Assembly: GCA_003971905.1 (NCBI GenBank)
Contig: RSEE01000052.1
Location: forward strand, 434,001-498,000
Length of the DNA stretch: 64,000 nucleotides
Source: Moniliella sp. 'wahieum'
Taxonomy: Eukaryota
Direction of reading: 5' to 3'
The position numbers and the translations under genes are program-made. Of this stretch, positions 10,890-23,264 are shown piece by piece; position 1 is the stretch's first letter, and every line of letters begins with the position of its first letter. The notes under the pieces were generated by a model. That model searched no databases and had not been told where the DNA came from. It was given only the letters and a program-made list of their open reading frames with translations.

Positions 10890-13800
10890 GCCCATCGATC
10901 AGATCGATCATCATGCGTCCCGTACCCCTCGATCAGCGATCTGGGGTCATCGAGTCAACGGGGTCATTGGTCCATAGGCCTCTGGCCTTAGGCCTTAGGC
11001 CTACATCGAGCTAGAAGCTTGATCTTGAAGCTTGACGCCGATAACGCGTAACATTAACATCTAAACCAGTGGTAGTAATCGACACCAAACTGGCCATGTG
11101 CATGATGCATGATGCATTGATGGCTCTTCCAGCCTTCTCAGGCCTCAGACCTGCGTGACGGTCTCGGCCTCAGACCTGCCTGACGGTCTCGGCCTCATCG
11201 ACCGCATCGAACAACGATCATCGACATCATCATGCATTTGCATTCAAATGGTACCGACCAGCATTGCCATACGCCCTCTGCTTCTCTTGCCACTAGTAAC
11301 CAATGGTCAATGTGACGGACATTGATTATCACACATCAGGCCTCAGGAACTAGTCAAAATCAATATCCAACTAGTCATTTTCACACACACCCTGTCACAT
11401 GTCACATGTCGCTAGCTTTCCAGCTTCGCCCAAGTCACAAGTCACTTCATACTCATCACAAGTCACTAGTCCTAGTCACTTCAAGCTTCAAGCTTCCACC
11501 GCCAGCGTCACATGTCACACGCGTCACCTTCGACACGTTCAACGCTCCTCTGCCGGTTCAGCACCTGAGCGCTGTGGAGAGGCTCAGCGTTGAACGTGAC
11601 GCGTGAGGCCAGCGGCTCTGGATCTGAGGCCCAGAGCCCCACGTTGAACCAACCGTACCAGGTTTAACTTCACTACTCGAAATCACTAGAGTCACTAGTC
11701 ACTCTAGTCACTCGTCACTCTAGTCACTCGTCACTCTAGTCACTCGTCACTAGTCACTAGTCACTAGTCACTCCTGTTTACTGATGTGATCTGGTCCTTG
11801 TCACATGGGGATCCGTCCACGTGTTCAACGTGTAATACTCAATGCTCTCCTCTATAGGACATGGAAGTAGGAAGAACGGAGGGGCACTGCTCTCGACCAA
11901 GTCGATGGCAGAGGCCTGTCACATTGTTACGTCACAAATTCCTAGCCCAGGCCCCATGCCAGGCCGTCCAAGCGCTCAAGCTCAGGCTGAACGTTGAACC
12001 AGGCCTCAGGATGGAGGTAATTGGATACCAACATCTATACGTCTCATTAAAATTGGATACTTTCGCGGGCGCCATACACAGGTGTTCGCATCAGGCCTCA
12101 GGGATGCCTCAGTCCTCAGGCGGGGGGACGATGATCGCGTCAAGCATCCATTATCGTTTGGGAGGCAGGCCTTAGACACGCACTCTTCGTGCGTAACATG
12201 TAACAAGAAATGCCAGGTATGGCCTGGTATATTGGCCGGGATTAAGGATTGTTGGCGCTGGTCGCATACCCACGCCTATCAAATTTTGGTCATCGGTCAC
12301 CGGTCACCGTAACTAGTCAAGTTTCAAGCAGTCACCCCTGTCTGGGCGCCCCGCTCAGGCGCTGAGCAGCTCACCAGACATGTCACCATGTCACCACTGT
12401 CATCTACCGCGTCACAGTCACTCGCGCTTGCGACACCTTTCGTTTTCATCTCTTCTGTGACATGTGACATGCGAATGTGAATGTCGAATCCCCGACTGAA
12501 AATGTGGGATGGATACTTCTCACTGACTGATCTCTCAGTCTGAGATCTCAGATCGGAACATGTATCTGGAGATGAGATCGGAGATCTGAATCCCACGTAT
12601 AGCGCGTAGCCCTGCGTAGCCCTGCGCAGCCCTGCCTATATAGCCCCGAGTACCGAGTACTGAGTATCCCCACACCCCCTTCTTGCAAGCGCGGAATCCA
12701 GAGTCCGCTGCAAAACCCTTCTCTATACCCTACTTTTTGTCCTCGAGGCCCCTCCATATTGTTCCGAGACTGTACGACAAAGAAAAACAGTGTCCTCAGA
12801 CGCTCAGGCGCCAGATCAGAATGCTCGTGCCGAATGCCCGCCGCAGTATATATACCCACACCGCATATCAGTCAACACATTCCACAGGGGCATACACAAA
12901 CTGAAAGGCGTATGTTATCTCGGCGTGTTCTCGCACATTTAAAGGAAAAAGTCACTGAGGTACTCAGGCCTCAGGCCTCAGACTGAGGACTGATGACTGA
13001 GGGCGAGGGCTATGAGGCTGTCTTCTTCGTTTCGGTCCGCATCTCTCTATAACCCTACAGGAAAGCTGGAGACGCACATTGCGCAAACATCGTACGACTA
13101 ACCTCTACAAACCCACCGAGACCATATCGGCAATCGACAACCGTCCAATGCTTCGGTCGTCCGCGGACTTTGAGCGGCTCAACACATACATAGACGAGGT
13201 CGCCGGTCATCGAGGTCATCGTCATCCGCGTCATCGATCATCTCGATCGTCGGCCCGATTCAGAAGCTAGCTAAGGCGCTAAGGTTAGGCCTAAGGCGAG
13301 CCTAAGGCTTAGACGTTAGACGTTAGACCTAAGCCTAAGGCCTAATACTGGCAGCGAAGAGTAACTAGTAACTAGTAAGCCTTTATTATTGGCCCACACA
13401 TGTCTCAGCTCATCCTCCCAGTCACATCCTGCAGCGTCCTGTACTAGCACACTCTGTGCCGTCGCACACACACACTCTGTCGCAGAGCGCTGCGGCCAGG
13501 ACACCTCAGGCCTCAGGGCCTCAGACCCTAATTATATAGTCACTCACACACACGGTCCCACCTGTGCCTCCCATCCCCGCAAGATTATTAGCTCAAGCCA
13601 GCGCCCGTTCCACTCATACTCATCGATGATCGATCAACAGAGGTAGACATATATACCCGAAAAGTCCACCAGCTTATGTAGCCTTTGTGTGTATATATTC
13701 GAGTAGCTCTCTCTATGGCAATTATTCCCGGTATGCGTTCCGCGTTACGGGCAACCGGTTACCGGTTACCGGTTACCGCATACACCTTTTCCACAGTGCA

Positions 13801-14850
13801 AGTGCTACTAAGCTTCGCGATTGCTGTGCACGCTCGGGTATAGACGTCAGGCAGGCCTCAGGCTGATGCCTCAGGCCCTGCTGAAGGAGGAGTGGAATGG
13901 AGGATGTGGTTCTGAGGAGAGGTACAGGAGATGAGAGGGGGCCTTATATAGACGAGGGTACCGCGGAGCTGAGGAAGCTTCCGGGCGGATAAGAGGGGTG
14001 ATGACTATCACGCAGGATGGCGTGATTGGGGCATCGCCCCAACAGGCCCCTCCTCAGACCTGAGTCGCAGAACGTGTTGGCCAAAACTTGGACGCGTTTT
14101 GTGTTGACCCATGAAAAATCCCTTCTGTAACAAGTTGCCCAAAAATAGCTTCTTTCTCTACTGACCGTGTTCTACGCTCCTCCAGGCCCGTGGCAGCTAG
14201 CTGTCAGTAGGTGCAGCGCATCATGGTGGGGGACCCCACCCCAAAAAGATATATGTGTAGTGAGTGGATCGGGTGTGGCTCTCCCCTGTCAGAGGGATGC
14301 CTAATGCAGCTGGCGCGCTCTCAGATCTCAGATATCTAAAGCGTGTATCATGCATCAGCGCTCAGCCTGAGCATCATAAGAGAGGCGGCTCTGTTAGGAC
14401 TTCTGAAGGATCTGAAGCTTGAAGCTTCAAGAACTGTATAACGTTGATGCCAGTTACATCAACATCATATTAGTACTTGAAGTTATAATAGCAGCAAACT
14501 ATTCTTACTGCCTGCTGTGCTGCTCTTGGGCACTGTGAACATCACGCTCGTCATGGATTGGCGCACAGTTTTGTGAATACGGGCATACCGTGATATCAGT
14601 GACACTAATGACGTGAATCGCGCGTGCGCGTGACCGATGACCGGTGACCGGTGACCAGAGAAGAGCTTGAAATGATCTGTGATGCATTTGTGATGTGCCA
14701 ATTAAAGCGTGCTTCTGACCGGTGAAGCAAGCGATTGTCGGACACGGATGCTATGTCTGAGGTACGGTCTACTGTTGATACGGAGTGTACATCGAATCTC
14801 CCTCTTAATATATTGACATCTTATGCGTTACGCGTTACGCTTACTGGCAA
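10890..14850. repeat. Densest tract of period-7 palindromic micro-arrays
   Basis: Examples: TGA-TGCA at 11103, (TCACTCTAGTCACTCG)x3 + (TCACTAG)x3 at 11699-11767, TCA-CCGG at 12297, TCA-TCGA at 13231, TAA-CTAG at 13362-13378, TTA-CCGG at 13759-13775, TCA-TGCA-TCA-GCGC-TCA at 14348-14364, TGA-CCGG at 14631-14654. Confidence 0.9.
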
Positions 14851-16403
14851 GCACGCCCGGAGCTCTCATTTACGTAGTTGTCCTAGTAGTAGGAAACGTG
14901 TGCGGTACAGAAGTGCTACCGACGTGCATGGGATTGTGCTCGGAACACAACAGAGGGCGACCCTCGCTGGTATAAGTTACACGTTCCAGGAGGGCACATG
15001 AACAACAAGATCAAAATTCCCGTCATTAATCATTTCGTCGCCATTAGGTCCATGGAGTAGGACAACAAAAAACAGGATCATACAACAAATACAGCGCATG
15101 CTCTTCTCTCTTGCTTTTCCTTCAAAGGAGATATATTACGCACAGAAACTATATCAGGGGTTCATCAGGTTGTGTGGGCATAGGAGTGCTCTGGAATAGC
15201 CGTGCCTCTACTTTATCCATGTCTCCCAAAAGAATGTACAGCCTTGACATAACAAGGGTCTTACACAACATCTGAAAGGAAGAAGTCAGGGAACAGAGAA
15301 ACGCGAGATGAAGCGCGCAGGGGGTGTTCAGCCTCTGACATCGGGACTCCTCCCCCCCCCGCTAAGCGAGAATCGCCAATCCATTAACTTGAGGGCCATG
15401 CAGGGGAAGGCTAGCACTTATGCCCTCTCATAGAGCGTGTGGTCGACCAAAATTCCTCCCGTTCTTCTATTTTTCTTTTGGAGCACACTTTTACTATTTT
15501 CTTCCAGTGTGGACGATGTTGTGCAGGAGGGATTTATCGAACAGAAAAGAGTCTCACGACGCTTCAGGGCGGTTTCATCTGCCGTTTCCCGTTGCAGTGG
15601 ACCCCGGGTCAGGCTTTTGTGGCTCTTGTTTCCCTTGATGCCCGATCGAAACGTCTTCACTTTTGCGCGACCATCTGTCAGATCAATTTGGACCACATCT
15701 CAAAAAGTTTTCCTCAATTTAATTGTCGGCCAGGCTCCCACATCATCATCAAGCCTCAGGACCACAACATGGGGATGAACTTCATTGAGGTTGAACCAGC
15801 GATAAACTTCGTGTATACATAGACATACAAACAAACACGTCGCATATCCATGATAATGATCTGATGGTGGGTGTCTCTCGTTCTCTGTCTATCAACACAG
15901 TGACACAGTGTTACATCATGCAGATGAAATGCACCGTTTATTATATACGACTTTCATGGAGCCTCTGTTGTGCTATTGGGCTCGGCGCTCCCGTGACAGG
16001 ATGTGGCTATAATATAGCTCCGAGAAGCGATCGACACCGGGAGAATATGCAGTGGGGGGTACAGTAAGAGGCCTTTTGGTGTAGGGCTATGCAGATGTCA
16101 CTAGTATACATGTATAGAGGGGGGAGTAGGGGAAATAGGGGGATGACTAGAATTTTGTACCGTCTCACGGTGCAAGAGACAGATGTTTATAATAGTATGG
16201 AGTGCATCTAACATCATTATGGGCGTGTTTTGGGGGCCCTTCTCTGAGTGTGCCACGCATTTTTTTCGGTATTACTTGCAACCGTTCCATAGTTAGTGTG
16301 ATTGAGCTGATCTGACAGTTGCGCTAGTATAAACTATTAGACTACTGACTCTCAATGGAAAAAGGTTCCTCGCTCAGATGTCTACCACGTTCATCCGTGT
16401 CCA

Positions 16404-17527
16404 CATGGGCTACCTCTCGTAAGTGACCGCGAAACGACCTTCACGAGCCACTTCTGGCAAGTCATGTGTATAGACTTGAGTATCACAAGTCGATCCCTGT
16501 CACAGTCCGGACTAAGGCGAGGGAGACCAGGATCGGACTAGGCCAAGGGTGTAGCAATCGTTCGTGGGGAAGAAGCAAGAACAGAGGACTGGTGCGAAGT
16601 GGAAGGATCAGGGAAGGAGCAAGACGCTCAAGACGAGAAATTGGAATGGGAGCGAGATCAGCCAAACTATGACAATCCCCAGCTCCGCCTACCACTACAA
16701 GACGGACGGACGACGAGCGCCTCAACCAGGTCTAACAGCCCATGCGCTGTTATCTCGACGAGCAGTAGTCCAGTTGGTCCGGCGTCTCCCCCCACGGTCG
16801 AATTTGGCTACAATTCGTCCTTCCACTCGAGCACTCATCAGTCCCTTCCGGGTGGAGTTGAAACCCACCACATCGCCCGTGCCGGATGCTGCGTTGTATC
16901 TTGAGAAGTGTTCGGTCCAGGGGTGGCCCGCCGGACGCTGGCTGCGGTTCAAAAGAACGCTGCAAATACCAACCCAAACGGTGCATCGAGGCGGCTTCCT
17001 TCACGGCTGGTCAGCATGTTTTGATCCGTCGAGACGGGTATTTATCTAGCCAGCGGCCTATGGCGGCCTCCACTATATCGTTACATCGGTCCCTCTCCAT
17101 TATACGGGCTGTGGGTGCGCCGCGTACCAACAGGCCCGCCTTCCCAACTACCTACACCTCCAGGACACGTTTCTTGCATCCCGCTTGTACCTATACCCCG
17201 GGTGACGTAGTCCGTGTCCGCTTGAGGGAGCCGCACCCTCCTCTTCCTGAAAATATGCTGATGATGATGCTGGTCACCATGAGGTCGATCACGTCCTCGC
17301 CTCTCCCCGCATGAGCTGTGGGGGCCGCATCGTGAGTACACTGTTTACTTTCGTGGTATCCCGCCCACGGCGGGCGAGGGTACCCGCGGAAGACATTATG
17401 TCTTATGACTCCGAACCTGTGGTTCGCTTCCTTGCCCTCTACCCCACGAGACTGTCTCGCATGCCCGCCGACTCACCTCTCTCTCTCCTCCGCCAGCGCC
17501 CAGGAGACGAGGTCTGAAAGGGGGCAA
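16404..17527 (+). mobile_element. Ty3/gypsy relic: integrase core, probable chromodomain tail and polypurine tract (interrupted by a solo LTR)
   Basis: HGLP-LVSDRETTFTSHFWQ; SAYHYKTDGR..ERLNQ (cf. AYHPQTDGQTER.NQ); VEFGYNSSFHSSTHQSPF; chromo-like PAEDI..VVRFLALYP; PPT AAAGGGGGCAA immediately before the LTR. Confidence 0.85.
16498..16674 (-). mobile_element. Solo LTR (177 bp) with 5-bp target-site duplication ATCCC
   Basis: Termini TGTCA...TGACA; ATCCC at 16493-16497 and 16675-16679; the reverse complement matches the LTRs at 17528, 20947 and 61787. Confidence 0.92.
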
Positions 17528-17722
17528 TATCATATATAGTAATTGACTTATCTCGCCGCTCCCATTTCCAAATTCGTCCCGAGCGTCTCGCTCTTGTCCT
17601 CTACTAGTCTTCCACTTCGCACCATGCCCTATGCTTTCTCCTTCCCCAAGAACGATTGCTAATACATACCTTGACCTAGTCTCGCCTCTGGGGTCTCCCT
17701 CGCTTTAGCCCCGACTGTTGCA
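17528..17722 (+). mobile_element. 3' LTR of gypsy relic (degenerate)
   Basis: Follows the PPT. Shares ATCTCGC, CATTTCCAA, TCGCTCTT, GCACCA, GAACGATTGCTA, CCTTGACC, GGTCTCCCTCG and TTAGCCCCGA with the other copies. Confidence 0.85.
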
Positions 17723-19169
17723 GGCACCGTTTGTATTTTTCCTTTAAGTGGAAATCCCACATGCCACGGAAACCACACATACCTTCCTAATCACGCTGAA
17801 ACTTGAACCCCCAACACTACTGGGAAAGGGAAGTCAATAGCACTCCCGGGTCATACTCAACATCACCCCCTCCCCCGCAATAAAACCGCAATACACTTAT
17901 GGTCACGCAATTTAGTACTAAGTAGTTAAGGTCACATATATCTCCCCCTACGTTTTTCTCAACGAGGCCTCATCGAATTGGCATTTCTTCTCTGGTACTT
18001 CTTTCATACTAACAATGCCATATTCAGTTTATAACCGTTTATCAATTCTGTGTAAATGACGGGTCATGCACACATACCCACCGGTTGTGCGAATGATCCT
18101 GTCCTAGGTCTCTTTCTTGACCCCTTTATGTGTCTCTCTATCATCACACCTTGTTCACCGTGTGATTGCTTCTACTTTCCCTTTGGTATATAAGACCTAA
18201 GGCCTAAGGCGCCATCCCATGCAGCCTGAGTGAATACCATCGGCATCCAAAGCAATCCCCTTCCTTCAGTGGAACAGGATTTCTTCCTGTTCACGGCTGT
18301 ACTATTTTCATAGCTTCAGAAACGCTTCCAGTTCTATATAAGAAACAGTCAAGCAGCTTATGGGGTACTCTGCATGTGCCTGAAGCTTGCAGTTTGAAGC
18401 ATATGCTTATCCTTGTATGCGTTAACTGGAAGCTCTTTTGAAGCACGTACAGTACTCGTTTTATTGCGAATTGATCGTATATATATACAGCAAACACGAC
18501 ACCGAGAAGAGAATGTGACATGTGTGACAAAGCCGGTTCTGAGAGGATCTGAGATATGAGATCAGATCGATCAGAGAATTCTGATATTTGAGGCTGATGC
18601 AACGGCGACGTGCACCGGTACTAAGTACTAAGTGCTAACCAACGGCTGTGTGAGGTAACCCGGAACCGGTATAACCGTATGGTATACTGGCCACTGAAAA
18701 GCCTGTGAAACATATAAGACAGACTGAGACAGCCAAGCCACAGGATGCAGAGCAAACAGCTATAGTAAGAGGGGAATGAATGCCGCTGACGATCCCGTAA
18801 CGTATATGTGAACCCGTCTTTCGTTGGTGCACTTCACGCTTGACGCCGCCACGACATCCATCTCTCGATTTTCATATGGCCCTTGTGTCAGACGCAAGTG
18901 CAGAAGAGAATGGTGGCGTGTGGTTGGAGAAAAATTGTCTCACGCGTCGTATAGCGTTTTGTGGCGACGGATTATATGGTTTGTCTTTGGTAAAACCCGA
19001 TTCGATAATCGGTAATGCCTCTGTAATTGGAGATCAATCACAAAGTCTTCGAAGAAGAAAATATACACCGACAAAAGTAGATACTAGAGCGATGCATATA
19101 CAGTTCCGGGGCACACACAGCCTTATATGTTCATCCTTTTGGTCTGCCCTCGATCAGTTTTGCCAGGCC

Positions 19170-20946
19170 CAACACGTTGTCATCTTCGAGATTACTACGC
19201 CCGCGTCGCCCTCACTCACATGGGTGTAGCGCAATGGATCTACCGCTTTATGGGCGTGCTGCAGGAGGAGGAGGACCTCACTTGGGTAGAGCAGTTCTGT
19301 TCCAAGGTGGCTCTTCTTTGGAGGCGCGCAGCACACCCGTCCTTCAGTCTCGACGGTCTACGTCTCCTGCATCCGTCCATCTTGGTGCAGTGGGGCGAGC
19401 GCAACCTGGCGCAAAAGGCGTTTGAGGAGAGTGTCATTATTGTCTCGGGCAGACGGGATCTGCAGCGGATTATAGGGGCTAAGACGCTTCCCGCTTATCG
19501 TGCCGCTGACCACATCATCGAAGTTGTCCCCGGCGCCGCCCCCACATTCACTTTCCTATGCCCCTTGTTGACGGGTGAGACAGTGATGCAGGACTTGTCC
19601 CAATGGCTCTCGAGGATAACCTTGCTTTAGGTTTCATCCGTCCATCAAACTCTCCCTTCAGCCCAACGTCTCTTTTGTTTAAAGAAGGACGGCTCTCTGG
19701 GCTTGTGCGTGGACTATCGTGCGCTCAACTCGGTTACGATCAAAAACCGCGGTTGGCCCTGCCTCTGATCAGTGAGACTCGTTGGACCGCCTCTCGGGGA
19801 CCCGCATCTTCACGAAGCTCGACTTCCGTGGGGCGACGTATAACTTGTTGCGGGTTAGAGAAGGCGACGAGAGTATCCCGCACTCGGTGCAGGCACTTTG
19901 AATCTGTTATGCCGTTTGTCCTCGGCAACGCCCCTGCCCCCTTCCGAGCTGGGATGAACGACATCCTCCGCGACCTACTCGACGTCTCGGTGCTGGCATA
20001 CCTTACGACATCCTCATCTTTTCAACTATCGAGAGGGAACATGAGCGCCACGTTCCCGGCGCCAGCGGGTCAAGTTCTACCTCAACTGCGACAAGTGTCA
20101 GTTCCACACCCTCTGGACCGAGTACCTGGGCTACGTCGTTTCGCCTGACAGTATAGGAATGAAACCCTTCAAGGCTGAGTCGATTTGGCCATGGCCAACA
20201 CCCCGAACGCCTCGCCAAGTCCAGGTTTTCCTCGGTTCATCAACTACTACCGTCACACTTCGTCCGTTCTTTTGTCCGTACCTCAGCCCCCTGTCCGACC
20301 TAACACGCAAGGGCCAGCAGTTTTGTCTTGGACCACAACCTGCTAACAGGCGTTTTCCGAGCTCAAGCGCATTTTGCCTCGTCCCACCTCCTCTGTCACT
20401 TTGATCACACTCGCCCCCTCCGCCTCCAAACCGACACGTCGGACGCGGGGTGCTTGGCGCGGTGTTAGCCCAGCAGAATGTTAACGGTCGGTAGTGACAG
20501 GTTGCTTTCCATTCTCGCAAGTTCACACCGTGGCCCAGCTGAACTCCAAGTCCCAAACGGAGGTGCTGTGGCTGTCGTGGAGGTAGTGAAAGCCAGTCGT
20601 CTGTGTTTCCATGCCATCTACCCGATAAGCCTGTCTCTCATGCCCGCCGACTCGCCCTCTCTCGCCTCCGTTGCAGCCCGGGAGTCGAGGCCTGATTGTT
20701 GACCCAGGTGGCTCGTGCTTTGGCTGGCAATGTCCCTTCAGTTCCTCCTCAGGCCCAGGAGTTCCGTTGTTTTCTCTCTCCTTTTTTCCTTGTTCCGCAG
20801 CTTAGCCCCTGGTGGCGACTCGCTGCTTGATGTTCCTCAGTAGGCGTTGCTGGTTGGCTTAGACCACCACCACCACCACTAGTGCGATTGCATCACCCTC
20901 GAGGACCATATGGACTCCAGGTCTCATCACTGATTTAAGGGGGCAA
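19170..20946 (+). mobile_element. Ty3/gypsy relic: protease region, RT and RNase H, integrase missing, then 3' tail and PPT
   Basis: [46 protein letters not shown](DD)[42 protein letters not shown]. The tail at 20620-20695 matches 17440-17516. PPT TAAGGGGGCAA. Confidence 0.9.
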
Positions 20947-21133
20947 TGTCATAGGTTGGCTGATCTCGCTCGCATTTCCAATTTCTTCGTACTGAACGCC
21001 TCGCTCTTTCCCTGTTTCTTTCACTTGCACCATGTCTAAATCTATGTTTGCTTCGTCCCCACGAAGAACGATTGCTACATCCTTGACCCAGTCTCGACTG
21101 TGGTCTCCCTCGTCTTAGCCCCGAGCTGTGTCA
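20947..21133 (+). mobile_element. 3' LTR of gypsy relic
   Basis: Starts TGTCATAG directly after the PPT and ends GTGTCA; homologous to the other LTR copies. Confidence 0.88.
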
Positions 21134-22416
21134 CGATGAAAGATGAACAATATCCAATGCCAGAGACTCATTAATATTAGTTGATTCTCCTTCCAGTATT
21201 ATATATACCCAAATGGCTCTTTGTTGGCCGTCTTGGTACTAATGGCATAGTAGTACCCTCGGGCTGGTCATGGAAAAGGCAAATATAATGGCTCTTGAGT
21301 AATGCGTACCTGATTCTTGGGGGTGCTTGTTGCATGCTGCTAGTAGCGTAGGATTGGCGGGGGCAAAAAAGTGTGGTGATAGCATAACTGTCGAACGTTG
21401 AACCTTGACCACGTTGGCCCTGATTGACAGCAGACGTGCATTCCCCCTTCGCCCCCCGTCCGCAGCACGCAAATCTGTGTGGGTGCCATAGATCCATCGG
21501 CCCAATGAAAGGAGGTGTGGGACGTGGCGTTGGAGCGCGGTGGCACAAAGAGTGCGGCGGCGCCCAGTCTTGAAAGCGTTTGTGAAATCAAGCGTACTAA
21601 GTACTAACGCGGTGGCATTGTCTGAATCTTCCCAGGTATTAGGCCCTCTGGCAGGTCCGGGTCATCCTCTCCGGATGCGGAATAATGCTGTGCACTCGAT
21701 CGTCTTCACAACCATCGCGATACAACCCCCCCCCCCCCCTCGTTAAACGGGGCAGAAGATGAAGCATCGGATTTCGATTGCCTGTGGGCGATGCCCTTTT
21801 GGGTCAAAGGTCGGCAGATGTGCACCCTGCAGGCGTATATGGCGGGATGAATATTGAATGTCCAAACAAGAGCTCACGGACAGGAGGAATCATGTGGCAG
21901 ATTCCCATGCAGAGGCGAGGGAGGGGAGGGAAGCAACACGGAAGTGAAGGTGTGTCACATTCGAGCGTTGAACGTTGTGCGTAGAAAAGGGGTTGCGTCC
22001 ACCCGGATATTATTTCCCGCCCCCAAAGTCACGTACGGAGGTGTTGATCAAAGTGTGGAATCAATTTCCTCCAATCTGCACTCGTGGCAGTTGCTGCCCG
22101 TAGGGATGGAAAGGCCGGTGTGTCTGGGGGGGACACACGGCCCGTATATATACGGGGGCGCAGCGTGGGCTTTCACGGAGAGAGGTTGCTGAACCTGATG
22201 GGAGGTGAGGGGGTGGGTGACGATGGTGGCAAGCATGGCTATATTAATCGTGGAGAATTCGTCCAATCCCGACGCATGCAAGTTCAATGCGCTTTCAAAC
22301 ATGGCGACGAAAGTGTCTTTGGCTGCCTGGACTTGGCGCTCTCCAAAATCTCATCGGATCTTATATTCGCACGTCTTCGAGACGAGTGAGAGCTAGTGAG
22401 GGTGGGGGCCTGCACG

Positions 22417-22448
22417 TGATGCTGTGATGCTGTGATGCTGTGATGCTG
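22417..22448 (+). repeat. Octamer tandem repeat (TGATGCTG)x4
   Basis: Read directly; it decays into TGATGTG variants up to about 22475. Confidence 0.9.
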
Positions 22449-22959
22449 TGATGTGTGGTGTGATGTGGTGTGATGAGGCTGTCAGTGCCATCATGCATGC
22501 CTAGCCGATCACGGATCATCGATCATCTTCGACGCTGTTCTTTCCGATGTCCTCTATGCTTTGTGCCCCTGACGGGCTCTTTTCTTGGAACCAACCCACC
22601 ATCACCGGCCTCACCTCTCTTTCTTGGGCTTATTGCGCCCACATTTTCTGGGCAAAAGTGAGTGAGACTGCCGATAACCCCTCGCCTGTGCCCGCGCCTG
22701 TGCCAGTTCTCGACTACCACCATCGCATATGGTGGACTACCCCCGGCTTTGCCGGTGCCGCCGCGCAACAGTGCAAGCACCCCTCAGCCGATTATGGCGG
22801 GCACCGCCCCTATGACCCCCACAGCCTCTGCCGTGTGAAGGTAGTAGCAGGATGGTAGTTAGCAATATTAGAGGAGAAAAAAATACCTCTTGATTGATTG
22901 ATTGCTTGATTGATGAGTTGACGTGCGTACTCACCCAATAAGGCCGCATGAACTGTACG

Positions 22960-23042
22960 GCCCTACTGTTGCAATGGTAGCATTCTTCACTTCTACGGCG
23001 TCTGTGATGAAGCGGTTGTGGGTTCGAGTCCCACGTGGGGCT
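22960..23042 (+). tRNA. tRNA-Arg(TCT) with an 11-nt intron (22996-23006)
   Basis: Acceptor GCCCTAC/GTGGGGC; anticodon stem CTTCA/TGAAG with loop CT-TCT-A|intron|A; T-arm GTGGG-TTCGAGT-CCCAC; followed by a TTTTTT Pol III terminator. Confidence 0.88.
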
Positions 23043-23264
23043 TTTTTGTGGAGCGCTTTTTGGCTGGGGCAAGGCTGCTGCCACGTGGAAGGGCTGCGCT
23101 GGTGTAGCGCGCGTGCCGGCGGAATGGCGCCGCGGCGGAACGGCAGCGCGCGCAGTGGCAAGCCAGCGGCAGGCGGCAGCACCCGCTAACCTCAGCCCCC
23201 CCCCCACCACACCACCCCCACACCACCACGCCTGGGCGCTGCATGCGCGCCTGACACTCCACCG

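Noticed and set aside
10890..14850. CRISPR array or engineered polylinker (many HindIII, SpeI, StuI, AgeI, MluI and BglII-like sites)
   Set aside because: There is no constant repeat with unique spacers and no cas or vector sequence. The sites are tandem, degenerate and scattered over 55 kb of fungal DNA.
22048..22400. SWIM/MULE zinc-finger fragment on the minus strand
   Set aside because: The Cys/His spacing does not fit the motif; support is insufficient.
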